Shown here one piece after another: positions 15,918 to 24,739 of a DNA stretch of 34,987 nt; the first letter of the stretch is position 1, and each line of letters begins with the position of its first letter. The translations under genes were made by a program, and so were the position numbers. Origin of the DNA: a virus (lineage: Duplodnaviria; Caudoviricetes); IMG/VR virus record IMGVR_UViG_3300040736_000022, positions 1-34,987 of that record; one strand, written 5' to 3'. The notes below the pieces were generated by a model. That model was not told the origin of the DNA. It ran no database searches and was given only the letters and a program-made list of their open reading frames with translations.

Positions 15918-18211
15918 TTTGCCCTCCGCGCCTCCTGCAGGACCAGCCGCGCCAGCCGGCGCATGTCCATATCCCGCGTCAGCGTGGCATGGATGTTGAT
16001 AGTAACCGGCGCCATTTGTTCCGCGCTGGCCCCGGCGCCCGCCGCGGCCACTGTCAGCCCGCCCGCGGAGATCCCTGCCGTCATCCCGCTGATCGACCGG
16101 CCGATATCCCTCTCGATCTGGCGGAATGAATCCGCGAATCCTACGCCCAGCCCCAATGCCATGTTTTGGCCCATATCAAAAAATACTTGTGAGCGGGAGT
16201 GAATACCTAATAATTTCTTGATAGCATCGATAACCCCGCCGAAAAAGCCGAAAATCTGATCCACCAGCCAGTCGGCGCTGTTGGAGATACCCTCCCAGAT
16301 ACCCAGCACGATATTTTTCCCGACTTCGAGCAGTTTGCTGGCCAGATTGACAATCCCTGTCGCCAGCGCGGTGATGATGTCCCCGGCCGCCTCGCCAAGT
16401 TGTGGCAGCATCTCTCCAATTCCAGTGATCAGCGCCAGCACCAGCTCCACCGCCGCCTCCCCGATCATCGGCAGCATCTCGATAATCGCGTCGATCAGCG
16501 CCGTGATCAGCTCCGGCACCGCCTCGATCAGCGTCGGGATGGCCGTGATCAGCCCCTGCACCAGCGCCAGGATGATCTGCAGCGCCGCGTCCAGCAGCAG
16601 CGGCAGGTTTTCGATCAGTGTCTGAATAATTTTAGGAATAATTTCGATTATCGCCGGAATCAATTGCGGCAGCGCCTGCGCGATCCCCAGCGCCAGGGTG
16701 ATGATCAGTTTCAGCCCCGCGTCCAGCAGCATCGGCAGCTGCCCTAATACTCCCTTGACCAACGCCATCAGCAGCTGGATGCCCGCCGTGATCAGCATGG
16801 GCAGGTTACGCAGAATAAACTGCACGATCGACGTGATGATCGACAGCACCGCTGGGATCAGCGTTGGCAGGTTAACCAAAATGGCGTTGATGATCCCCTG
16901 CAGAATCCCCAGCCCGGCGTCCATAATCTCCGGCGCCTTGGCCGCGACATCCCCGACAATTTTGCCCAGAAGCCCGCCGATCCCCTCGGCCATTTTGCCC
17001 AGGTCCCCGTCAGCGCCTTTCACGATATCCGTCAATTCTCCCAGATACGATTTGAGCCCGCCGACCGCTGACCCCAGGAGCGGTAGCAGCCCCACCCCCA
17101 ACATATCTTTTAAATTCTGGAACTCGGCCTTGAGTTGGGCGACCCCCTCTGCTGCATTGGCGTTTTCCAAATCGACCCCCTGCAGAATTCCCTCGCCGCC
17201 CTCCATAACGGCGTTGAGCAGCGCGATCTGCTGCTCCTCCGCGCTCAGCTCATCGACGGTTTTGCCGATCGATTTCGCGTACGCCTCATTCGCCTCGCCA
17301 AGTTTCAACTGGATGCCCAGATTATCAATGATCATCGGCGAGGATCGTTTAATACCGGTCACCAGGCTCTCGAATAGATAATCCACGTCCTGCCCGGTTT
17401 TTCGGGCAGATGCCCTTGCGATCTCGAGCAGCCGCGGCAGCGACTGGCCAAATTGTTCTCCGAACTCCTCGCCCGCGCCCGTCAGCGCGAAATTAGCTCG
17501 GGTCATCAACTCAAAATCGCTGATCGTCCCCCCGGAGGCCTTCCGCAACTCGCTGAGCATTTCTTCTGAGGATTTCCCTACCCGGCTAGCCGTCTCCTCG
17601 AACCCTTCCGCGATTGCAGGCAGGCTAGCCGCGCTCAGCGCCAGATCAGCCGCCAGTTTCGCCGCGCCAACTGCGGCGCCGACCGCAGCTGCCCCCACCG
17701 CCGCGATCGCCTTTGCTCCGGCTTTCATCACCGTGCCCAGCCCGCCGGCGACTGATTTTAATTTTTCCAACTTGCCGCTGGCCTGGTGGGTTTTATCCCC
17801 CATCTCCTTCATCTCGTTGCCGGCCTGATCGGCTTCTTTGCCCATCTCATCCAGCGCCCGCTCGGACTGATTGAGCTCAGTCTGCATTTTGCCGAGCGTC
17901 TCAGTCTCTTTGTTGATCTTGATCTGCAGCTCGGCCAGCTCTTTCGCGCTCGCCTTTCCGCTGGACGCCAGTTCGCTGTAAACTGACTGTAACCCATCCA
18001 CCTTTTGTTTCTGCAGGTCGATGGTCTGAGACAGGCTCTTAATCCGTTTTTCCAGCCCTTCCTCCGACTTACCCCAATCCCCGATTGCCGCAGCCGACGC
18101 CTTGAACCCGGATTCGATCACCCGGATATCCCGGTTGAGCTCGGCAATGCCGGCTTTATAATTGGTCGTGTCCAGCTGGACGCGCTGCGAGAGAGGCGGC
18201 AGGTCGGACAT
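15914..18211 (-). CDS. Tail tape measure protein
   Basis: 765 aa, N-terminal coiled coil, 11-residue amphipathic LPxL repeats, LGIHS motif. Confidence 0.93.
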   Translation of the reverse strand: MSDLPPLSQRVQLDTTNYKAGIAELNRDIRVIESGFKASAAAIGDWGKSEEGLEKRIKSLSQTIDLQKQKVDGLQSVYSELASSGKASAKELAELQIKINKETETLGKMQTELNQSERALDEMGKEADQAGNEMKEMGDKTHQASGKLEKLKSVAGGLGTVMKAGAKAIAAVGAAAVGAAVGAAKLAADLALSAASLPAIAEGFEETASRVGKSSEEMLSELRKASGGTISDFELMTRANFALTGAGEEFGEQFGQSLPRLLEIARASARKTGQDVDYLFESLVTGIKRSSPMIIDNLGIQLKLGEANEAYAKSIGKTVDELSAEEQQIALLNAVMEGGEGILQGVDLENANAAEGVAQLKAEFQNLKDMLGVGLLPLLGSAVGGLKSYLGELTDIVKGADGDLGKMAEGIGGLLGKIVGDVAAKAPEIMDAGLGILQGIINAILVNLPTLIPAVLSIITSIVQFILRNLPMLITAGIQLLMALVKGVLGQLPMLLDAGLKLIITLALGIAQALPQLIPAIIEIIPKIIQTLIENLPLLLDAALQIILALVQGLITAIPTLIEAVPELITALIDAIIEMLPMIGEAAVELVLALITGIGEMLPQLGEAAGDIITALATGIVNLASKLLEVGKNIVLGIWEGISNSADWLVDQIFGFFGGVIDAIKKLLGIHSRSQVFFDMGQNMALGLGVGFADSFRQIERDIGRSISGMTAGISAGGLTVAAAGAGASAEQMAPVTINIHATLTRDMDMRRLARLVLQEARRAK

Positions 18212-18912
18212 TACATCACCTCGACCAGCTCGCTATCTACCAGATTTCCGATCACAACCGCCTCCGTCTCGATGACCGGCATTTCGAGTGGTGCCGGCTT
18301 CATAAATATCCGCTTGACCGTCGTAACCGGCAGCGGTGGGTATTTCTCGCAGGTCTCCATCTCCACCTGCTGCCAGCCAAGTTTTTCGAAAATTTCCTGA
18401 TAATTCCGATTCCAGGCGTGCTCCGAGACCGCCCGCAGCGATTCACCCTCGCAGGTGACGATTAATTTTCGTGCCTTCTGCGCGATGCGCTCGAAGAGCT
18501 GCTCGTGCTCGGGCGGGATGTGCATCAGCAGCCCCACGGTGTAGATCACGTCGAAATCATCGACCTCATCGATCAGCTCCTCGGCCGGCCCGATCAGCAC
18601 CCGTATCCGTTTATACGCCGGAAAATGCGCGCGCCCAATCTCCACGGTTTTCGGGCTGAGCTCAATCCCGGTCAGATTTTTAAATCCAGCTTTTTTCAGC
18701 GCGGTCAGATTCCGCCCGGTTCCGCAGCCAATTTCCAGAATGGTATCGGATTTATCCGCGTGGAATCTCATCGTCTCGACGACCATCCGCGAGATATTTT
18801 CTAGATCGATGTAAAACTCCGGCCGGCAGGTGCGGTACCGTTTTTCCGGCGCCCCGCTCCGCGCAGGGTCCAGCCAGAATTGAATCCGGTTGAATTTATA
18901 GTTGTATTTCAT
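18211..18912 (-). CDS. Class I SAM-dependent methyltransferase (small-molecule/glycan type)
   Basis: ILEIGCGTGRN motif I, GIELS, FDVIYTVGLLMHIPP. Confidence 0.88.
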   Translation of the reverse strand: MKYNYKFNRIQFWLDPARSGAPEKRYRTCRPEFYIDLENISRMVVETMRFHADKSDTILEIGCGTGRNLTALKKAGFKNLTGIELSPKTVEIGRAHFPAYKRIRVLIGPAEELIDEVDDFDVIYTVGLLMHIPPEHEQLFERIAQKARKLIVTCEGESLRAVSEHAWNRNYQEIFEKLGWQQVEMETCEKYPPLPVTTVKRIFMKPAPLEMPVIETEAVVIGNLVDSELVEVM

Positions 18913-19901
18913 AGGTAACTCTCCAGTTTCTCCACAAAATGGGCGGGGTCGAACGGCTCGCCGATGAAACGCTCCCGCCAGACGGCCGCCTGTGGGTCGC
19001 CCTGGCAGGCTCGCTGGATCACATCGGCCGGATCGCCAGCCAGAATGTCCAGCGGATAGGCCATGATGTCGGCGTATTTCTCCCAGCTCTGGGCATACAC
19101 CGTCTGGCCGTGGCTGACTGTGTGCGGCGGCAGGTCCTCGCGCATCATCAGCGTGGGTTTTCCCCTGGCCACTGCCAGGTAGGCAAACGTCTGGTGGCCA
19201 ATCACCAGATCAGATGCGTCGATCTCGCGGATGGTCAGGTCCGGCCGGCCCATCACGTAGGTCACGCCGGCCACCCGCTGCAGCCCGTTGCGCTCCAGCG
19301 CCTGGATGTGCCGCACGGTCAGTTTCGCTCCGGTTGCCCGGCAGTACTCCAATAGAATTTTGAACGTCTGTTGATTGGATTCTTTATCCTCTTTACAGAT
19401 CCACCCGCTGGCCGAGGGATGGATTGCTCCGAAGAGGACATTTTTCGGCTTCTCGACCGGCTGAAATGGAATGAGCCCGCAGTAGGTCCAGCCGGTTACC
19501 TCGAGCGGCAGCGAATAGCCGTAGCGCCGCATCACCTCCACATGTCCGGCGGCCGGCACGAAATTGCATCTGGTATGCGGCCAGACCTCCCATATCCCAT
19601 CCCAGATAATCTGCGGCCGCGCCGCGTGCGGGTAGAGAAAAACCGGCGTTCCGCGGGCGTGGTAGCGCTCGAGCTGCGCTGTTCTCCGCCCGCCGTCCAT
19701 ATCATACAAAACGAATTTGATCCGCGTCCGCTCAGTCACCGATGGCCTGTAGCCGGATTTTCTCAGCGCGTCCACGTAAGCATTTTCTTTGCCCTGATGC
19801 GGCCGGACTATAAAGAATTTTTGCGGATGCGTGTTATAGCCACGATGCCGATGGATCGTCGCAGTAGACCGGGTAGGTTTTCTTCGTTGGATGGGTGGCA
19901 T
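18909..19901 (-). CDS. GT-B-fold glycosyltransferase-like protein
   Basis: Two Rossmann-like halves; PVFLYPHA, EVTGW and SDLVIGHQTFAYLAVARGKPTL resemble GT-B polysaccharide-synthesis enzymes. Confidence 0.55.
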   Translation of the reverse strand: MPPIQRRKPTRSTATIHRHRGYNTHPQKFFIVRPHQGKENAYVDALRKSGYRPSVTERTRIKFVLYDMDGGRRTAQLERYHARGTPVFLYPHAARPQIIWDGIWEVWPHTRCNFVPAAGHVEVMRRYGYSLPLEVTGWTYCGLIPFQPVEKPKNVLFGAIHPSASGWICKEDKESNQQTFKILLEYCRATGAKLTVRHIQALERNGLQRVAGVTYVMGRPDLTIREIDASDLVIGHQTFAYLAVARGKPTLMMREDLPPHTVSHGQTVYAQSWEKYADIMAYPLDILAGDPADVIQRACQGDPQAAVWRERFIGEPFDPAHFVEKLESYL

Positions 19902-20091
19902 GCTGAGTCCCTTTCGCTCCAGTTTTCGTGGTCAGCCTGGCCACGAACGGCAGCAGGCTCTGAATGTCAGTCTGATCGATATCCACCAGCGACCAGCCGT
20001 ACAGCTGGACCAGTTGGATTTTTAGGTCAATGATTGCATCGGACGTGCTGGCTACATCGTTTTCCGGGCTTTCCCCGGCCGAGTAGGGTTT
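19834..20091 (-). CDS. -1 frameshifted extension of the tail chaperone (gpGT equivalent)
   Basis: Slippery A-AAC-CCT at 20091-20085; -1 frame reads PYSAGESPENDV...LYGWSLVDIDQTDIQSLLPF...YCDDPSASWL* to TAA at 19834. Confidence 0.8.
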   Translation of the reverse strand, partial: KPYSAGESPENDVASTSDAIIDLKIQLVQLYGWSLVDIDQTDIQSLLPFVARLTTKTGAKGTQHATHPTKKTYPVYCDDPSASWL

Positions 20092-20384
20092 GCCGGTATC
20101 AGTTCCGCCACCCGCGACGTGATGCCCTGGATCACTGTCAGCATCTCGCCCAGGTCAGCCCCGGCCCGTAGCTGCTCGACGGTAAATTGGCCGCCATAGA
20201 AATCAACGATCAGCTGGTAGAGCGCGTTCAGCTCTTCCTGGGTCAGATCGCCCTTGCCGAGCGAGCCGGAAAAATCGATCGCCCGCTCGGCGAAAACGAG
20301 GGGAATCCGCGCGCGGCTGTAGGTCGCGATCTCCGCGTCCTGATCGTCATAGAGTGTCAGTTTGATTGGCGTCCCGAGCGGCAT
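20052..20384 (-). CDS. Tail assembly chaperone (gpG equivalent)
   Basis: Follows the major tail protein; IVDFYGGQFTVEQL motif. Confidence 0.85.
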   Translation of the reverse strand: MPLGTPIKLTLYDDQDAEIATYSRARIPLVFAERAIDFSGSLGKGDLTQEELNALYQLIVDFYGGQFTVEQLRAGADLGEMLTVIQGITSRVAELIPANPTRPGKARKTM

Positions 20385-21007
20385 CAGACACTCTCCGAGG
20401 CAATCGGCGGCACCTGCACAGTCGTGAACCAGTCGGTCGGATCGAACGCAGTGATATCGTCATCGCCGATGATCCGCTGCAATCCGTCCTCCAGCCCATA
20501 GTCGTCCAGCTGGAATTTGCAGGTCGTCTTGATCGCGTGGACGTTGATCTGCAGCAGTTTCGGGTCCGGCGATTCCGCCTTGGTCGCCGCTTCCTCATCC
20601 GGAATGTCGAATTTCACCTTTGGATATAGGTAATAGCGATAGGACCCGTTCGATTTCATCGAGCGGAACATCAGCGCGAAATACGGCGGTACCCCGCCGT
20701 GCTCGTAGAATAGGCCGCTGGCCGCGTCGAACACCTGACCGGTCATCCGCGCCAGCAGCTCCAGCGGGATATTAGTCACTTTCAGATCAATGCCCGTCTC
20801 GCCCTTGGTAGTGAAGGTCTCAAACGCTTGATCATCCGCGTAGATCGTCTCGGTGTTGCTGGTCGCAGCTTGGGTTGCCTCCGCCGCCGGCGCCAGATAC
20901 TCCGGCGTTCCGACGGTATAGACGCCCAACTCATCCGCGCTGATCTCGGCGATATACAGGCTGTCCAGACCCACTCGCGGTTTATATTCTCCTGCATTGT
21001 ATGCCAT
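20384..21007 (-). CDS. Major tail protein (phi13-like family)
   Basis: VGLDSLYIA, IYADD, PPYFALMF motifs. Confidence 0.9.
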   Translation of the reverse strand: MAYNAGEYKPRVGLDSLYIAEISADELGVYTVGTPEYLAPAAEATQAATSNTETIYADDQAFETFTTKGETGIDLKVTNIPLELLARMTGQVFDAASGLFYEHGGVPPYFALMFRSMKSNGSYRYYLYPKVKFDIPDEEAATKAESPDPKLLQINVHAIKTTCKFQLDDYGLEDGLQRIIGDDDITAFDPTDWFTTVQVPPIASESV

Positions 21008-21018
21008 AGTCGTTTCTC

Positions 21019-21381
21019 CTAATAACTCTCTTCTAACTCCTCCTCATCGGAGGTGATTATGAAATCCAGCGCCAGACCGTAGTGCCTGGTCTCCGGGTTG
21101 TATGGGATCTCGCGGATCGAGCTGCGCGAGAATCCGGCGTCGGTCATCGCTCCCGAAACATCCGGCAGCCCGCTCAGCCCGTTCCGGCTGTACACCGCCA
21201 CCTGCACCCGGTACATGCGCATCGTTTCCATGTTTTCCGCGTGTACGATCGGCGCGGAGCTGATCAGCTGATAGACCAGATACAGATCCGGCAGCTGCTT
21301 GTTGGTCGCCAGGATCATCGTGTTGGCCGCCACCGGCACTCCCAGACCGCTCAGCGCGTCCTCGACGATCTCCCAAATCAT
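21019..21381 (-). CDS. Tail terminator/completion protein
   Basis: Position; YLVYQ...RVQVAVYS...AGF pattern. Confidence 0.75.
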   Translation of the reverse strand: MIWEIVEDALSGLGVPVAANTMILATNKQLPDLYLVYQLISSAPIVHAENMETMRMYRVQVAVYSRNGLSGLPDVSGAMTDAGFSRSSIREIPYNPETRHYGLALDFIITSDEEELEESY

Positions 21382-21770
21382 TGGCTCAGCTCCTCGACCA
21401 GCACTGCTTTCATCGCCCTGCTGGCCTTGCCCTTATCCGCATCCACCGTCGGGCGGATGTAGGGCTGGGCCGGCATCGAACTGGTGCCGTACTCCTGCGC
21501 GTTGCCGTACCGGGCCGTTTCGGCATCCGCGTGGATCACGCCGACCTCCAGATAATGAAAATTTCCATCCTGGTGCGGTCCGTCGATGACGATGTGATCC
21601 TCGAGGTTATGCGTGTCCTTCGGCACCCGGCGCTGCATGCCCTCTTTCAACACCTGCCCGCCGGCCAACAGCGCGGCTGGCGCGATTGCATCGATATTTT
21701 TCCCGAGTTGCGCCAGCGCCTCCAGCGATTCCGCCAGCCCTTTGGTGGATACCCTTACCCGGCTTGCCAT
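21378..21770 (-). CDS. HK97 gp10-like protein
   Basis: VPKDTHNL and EYGTSSMPAQPYIRP motifs. Confidence 0.9.
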   Translation of the reverse strand: MASRVRVSTKGLAESLEALAQLGKNIDAIAPAALLAGGQVLKEGMQRRVPKDTHNLEDHIVIDGPHQDGNFHYLEVGVIHADAETARYGNAQEYGTSSMPAQPYIRPTVDADKGKASRAMKAVLVEELSQ

Positions 21771-22099
21771 TTGCGCACCTTTAACTCGATGTACTCATCC
21801 CGCTCCTGGATGTTATCCAGGGAAATAATTTCATAAAATTGACCGCCTTTCTCGACCATGCAGGTGCGGTCGATATCGTCGCGATAGCGGATCAGTACCG
21901 TGGCCGCGTCCAGCGCCTGGACCGCCGCCGCCTGCAGCGCCTCGGAACCGTGAACGTTGGTCCACCGCGCCCACACGTCACCGATCTTGGTCAGGCTGGG
22001 CTTCTGAAACCCGCCCGTTTCCACGGAAACGCTGCGGCTATACAGCGCGATTTTCATGCGCAGTTCGCCCGGGTTGCTCGCCTTGCCGCCGATGATCAT
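21755..22099 (-). CDS. Head closure/head-tail joining protein (SPP1 gp16-like)
   Basis: NPGELR..I, VWA, IRYR, YEIISL motifs. Confidence 0.88.
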   Translation of the reverse strand: MIIGGKASNPGELRMKIALYSRSVSVETGGFQKPSLTKIGDVWARWTNVHGSEALQAAAVQALDAATVLIRYRDDIDRTCMVEKGGQFYEIISLDNIQERDEYIELKVRKWQAG

Positions 22100-22407
22100 G
22101 CGCTCTCCTCGAGCTCTGCCAGCTCGAGCGCCAGCGCTTTCAACTGCATCAGCGCGGCCCGCAGACCGAAACTCAGCGCGTCCTCCGCGCTTCCAGCCAT
22201 GCCAGGGTTCTCGTGCCATTTCACCAGCAGCATCCTGGCTGCGGATTTCGCCTCAGGATAGGCCTCCTCTGGATATTCCGCTCTCCAGTCCCAGCCGGTC
22301 GCGTTGTTGATATACGCGTCTACCTGATCGAGCAGATCCAGCATGAGCTGATCATCCTCTGCGCAGCGCAGGACAGTTGCGGCTTCGTCGGCAGTCAGAA
22401 TATTCAT
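22096..22407 (-). CDS. Head-tail connector (HK97 gp6-like)
   Basis: YINNATG and LLVKWHENP motifs; follows the capsid gene. Confidence 0.88.
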   Translation of the reverse strand: MNILTADEAATVLRCAEDDQLMLDLLDQVDAYINNATGWDWRAEYPEEAYPEAKSAARMLLVKWHENPGMAGSAEDALSFGLRAALMQLKALALELAELEESA

Positions 22408-22463
22408 TGGCGCTCCATCCGGGGCCGGACCGGATAGCCCGGCCCCATCACATTGCAGATCCC

Positions 22464-23798
22464 TTATGCCGATTCAGCGGCGAACTGCAGATATTTCACA
22501 GGCGCCGACTCGTTGGCCGTCTGCTCGCTCGAGCCCTCGATATCGGTCGGGCTGGCAAACAGGCCGTCTGTCCGGAAGAACCCGAGGAACCCGACCTGCA
22601 GGTACTCAGCGAACCGCTCTTCAAGGCGTAAAATTCTGGTGTCAGCCATCACGTCACGGATGAAGTAATACGAGAAATCGCCGAACAGGACGCCCTTTTC
22701 CTCGGCGGCCGCCTCTGGCATAGACTGGTTAATCACATACGGATACCCCAGCAGGGTATCCGGAGCTGTGACCGCCAGGCCAGGCAGCCACAGCGGCCGG
22801 CCGTCCTCGACGGCCTTCATCTGCTTGATGACCGCCAGGGTCGTGTCATGGAACATCCACTGCGCGTTGGCACGGTAGGCAGGATCAACCGAGTGCTCGA
22901 GAGAGATCAGATCGTAGTAATCGATGTCCAGCGCGGCATCCAGTACGCCAGCGCCGGCCGCAGTCACGATGCCCTCCGGCTCAGTGGTCCCATTGCCGGT
23001 TGTGTAATGATCATTGGTGATCCGGCCGATGCGGGTGGCCAATGCGTTGGCCAGCCAGCCCTCAATATCGAATGCGGGATCCTGCAGCATTTGGATAGGA
23101 ACGCGGACCATTTTGCTGGTGTACATATATGCACCCAGCGTCTTGGTGCCAAATTCCGGATCTGTGCCGTCGGTGTTGGTATTCGAGCCCTCTGAGAGGA
23201 TCTCACCCTTGTTGTGGGTGTCATCCGCCAGCGGGATTGGCATGCTCGCACCGGTCGAGGTTGCGATCTTGGTCGTGCGCGCCTGGCGCATCCCGCCCCA
23301 GGTTTTGAGCGCTTCTACCAATCGGCGGTAGAAATCCTCTGCCACAAGAGCTCCAGCAGATCCGGTGCTGAGTAGCGCACGGGTCTGGATATTGTTTGGT
23401 GTAGCCCCGTAATAGGGCTGCAGGATTGCACGCTGCTCGGCTCGCATCCCACCCAATCCATTCAGTAGGTACGAGCGGAAGGACCGCTTATACTCATCGC
23501 TGTTGGGCAGCGGGCTCTCAGGCTGGTCCGCGAAATTCTGACCGTGCTGCTCGAATTTGGCGATATTGCCGCGCACAACCGGCGCTGGCGTCTCATCCAT
23601 CTCGTTATCGATGGCGGCGATCCGCTCTTCGCGGTCGATGCGCTGTTTGAGATGGTCGATCTCCGCGTTGATGCGGTCCCATTGTTCCCGCTCCTCGGCG
23701 GTCAGCTCGCGCTTCTCCTTTTCAGCCAGCGTGTGGATGGATTTTGCTTCCTCCCACAGGTTTGCGCGTTGCTGGCGTAAGTCAACAGTTGTAGCCAT
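22464..23798 (-). CDS. Major capsid protein, HK97 family with N-terminal delta domain
   Basis: Coiled-coil N terminus; GNGTTEPEGI, DGRPLW, LLGYP, FGDFS motifs. Confidence 0.95.
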   Translation of the reverse strand: MATTVDLRQQRANLWEEAKSIHTLAEKEKRELTAEEREQWDRINAEIDHLKQRIDREERIAAIDNEMDETPAPVVRGNIAKFEQHGQNFADQPESPLPNSDEYKRSFRSYLLNGLGGMRAEQRAILQPYYGATPNNIQTRALLSTGSAGALVAEDFYRRLVEALKTWGGMRQARTTKIATSTGASMPIPLADDTHNKGEILSEGSNTNTDGTDPEFGTKTLGAYMYTSKMVRVPIQMLQDPAFDIEGWLANALATRIGRITNDHYTTGNGTTEPEGIVTAAGAGVLDAALDIDYYDLISLEHSVDPAYRANAQWMFHDTTLAVIKQMKAVEDGRPLWLPGLAVTAPDTLLGYPYVINQSMPEAAAEEKGVLFGDFSYYFIRDVMADTRILRLEERFAEYLQVGFLGFFRTDGLFASPTDIEGSSEQTANESAPVKYLQFAAESA

Positions 23799-23812
23799 TT
23801 TTATCTCCTGTA

Positions 23813-24739
23813 CTAAAGTGGTAAGCCGTATTCACGGCTTAGATTTTCCAACCTGCGCATCCGCTCGAGCGCTGAGTAGTGGCCTTCAAGCTCTGGCTCA
23901 ATGCCCGCCCCGGAGTGGTCGCCGGAATCAGGCCCCGGCTCCAGGAGATAAGGTTGGTACAGCTCTACAGCAGCGGAAAGGATTTTCCGCTGTTCGCTGG
24001 TCAAATTCATCCCGCGCTCGGCGCAGCGCAGTAGCCGCCGCGCCTCCTCCAGCGGGTCGATCTCTCCATCCGGCAGCAGCAGCCCGGACCGGGCGCTGAT
24101 ACTGGTAGCTTCGAACGCAGGGAATGTCACCGGCGAGACCTCGAATAGTTTGGCTTCTTTGATGGTCCGCACAGGCATTTCCGTTTTGTTTTCCGGATAA
24201 AACCATTCCTGTTTGATTGCCTGGAAAGAGATCGACATCTGGGATACATCCCCGCGCCTGATCGAGGTCATCGCATCCCGCCCAGCCTGAGTATCTGGAG
24301 GGATGATTTCGGCTTTCAAGCCCTTTTCATCCTCGGATAGCGCCAGCGTACCGGCCTTATTTCGCCCGAGCACCAGATCGGTATTATGATTCCACAGCGC
24401 CCGGATATCGTTTTCCTTGATCGTCTTTTTAAACGCGCCCTGAGCAACCTGCTCGAGCCAGAGGCCGAATATATCGGCTTTTTTACCGAAAACACTGGCA
24501 TAGCCGATCAGCCGTGGCGGTTTATTGGTTTCCTCGCGCAGTTCGAAATCCTCAAACGGGATAAATCGCAGCTCTTTTTCTTGGTTCATGGTCTTTTTAT
24601 CCTTATCCTTCCACTGCTGCTCGCAGACCGCAGCTCGCTGCTTTCCATCGGGATATTCGTCATTCATCACGTCATCGCCCATGCAGCGGTCCATAAATTC
24701 GTCATGATCTTCATCATTCTTCGGTTTCGGAATCGGCAT
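23813..24739 (-). CDS. HK97-family prohead protease with an N-terminal extension
   Basis: GYASVF, ALWNH, MSISF, EVSPVTFPAF; N-terminal MPIPKP..EFMDRCM domain. Confidence 0.93.
   Translation of the reverse strand: MPIPKPKNDEDHDEFMDRCMGDDVMNDEYPDGKQRAAVCEQQWKDKDKKTMNQEKELRFIPFEDFELREETNKPPRLIGYASVFGKKADIFGLWLEQVAQGAFKKTIKENDIRALWNHNTDLVLGRNKAGTLALSEDEKGLKAEIIPPDTQAGRDAMTSIRRGDVSQMSISFQAIKQEWFYPENKTEMPVRTIKEAKLFEVSPVTFPAFEATSISARSGLLLPDGEIDPLEEARRLLRCAERGMNLTSEQRKILSAAVELYQPYLLEPGPDSGDHSGAGIEPELEGHYSALERMRRLENLSREYGLPL

Noticed and set aside
16400-16960. Periodic repeats suggesting an array
   Set aside because: Explained by the 11-residue amphipathic repeats of the tape measure protein
18211-18912. 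DNA methyltransferase
   Set aside because: No DPPY/NPPY or PCQ catalytic motif; the motifs fit small-molecule class I methyltransferases
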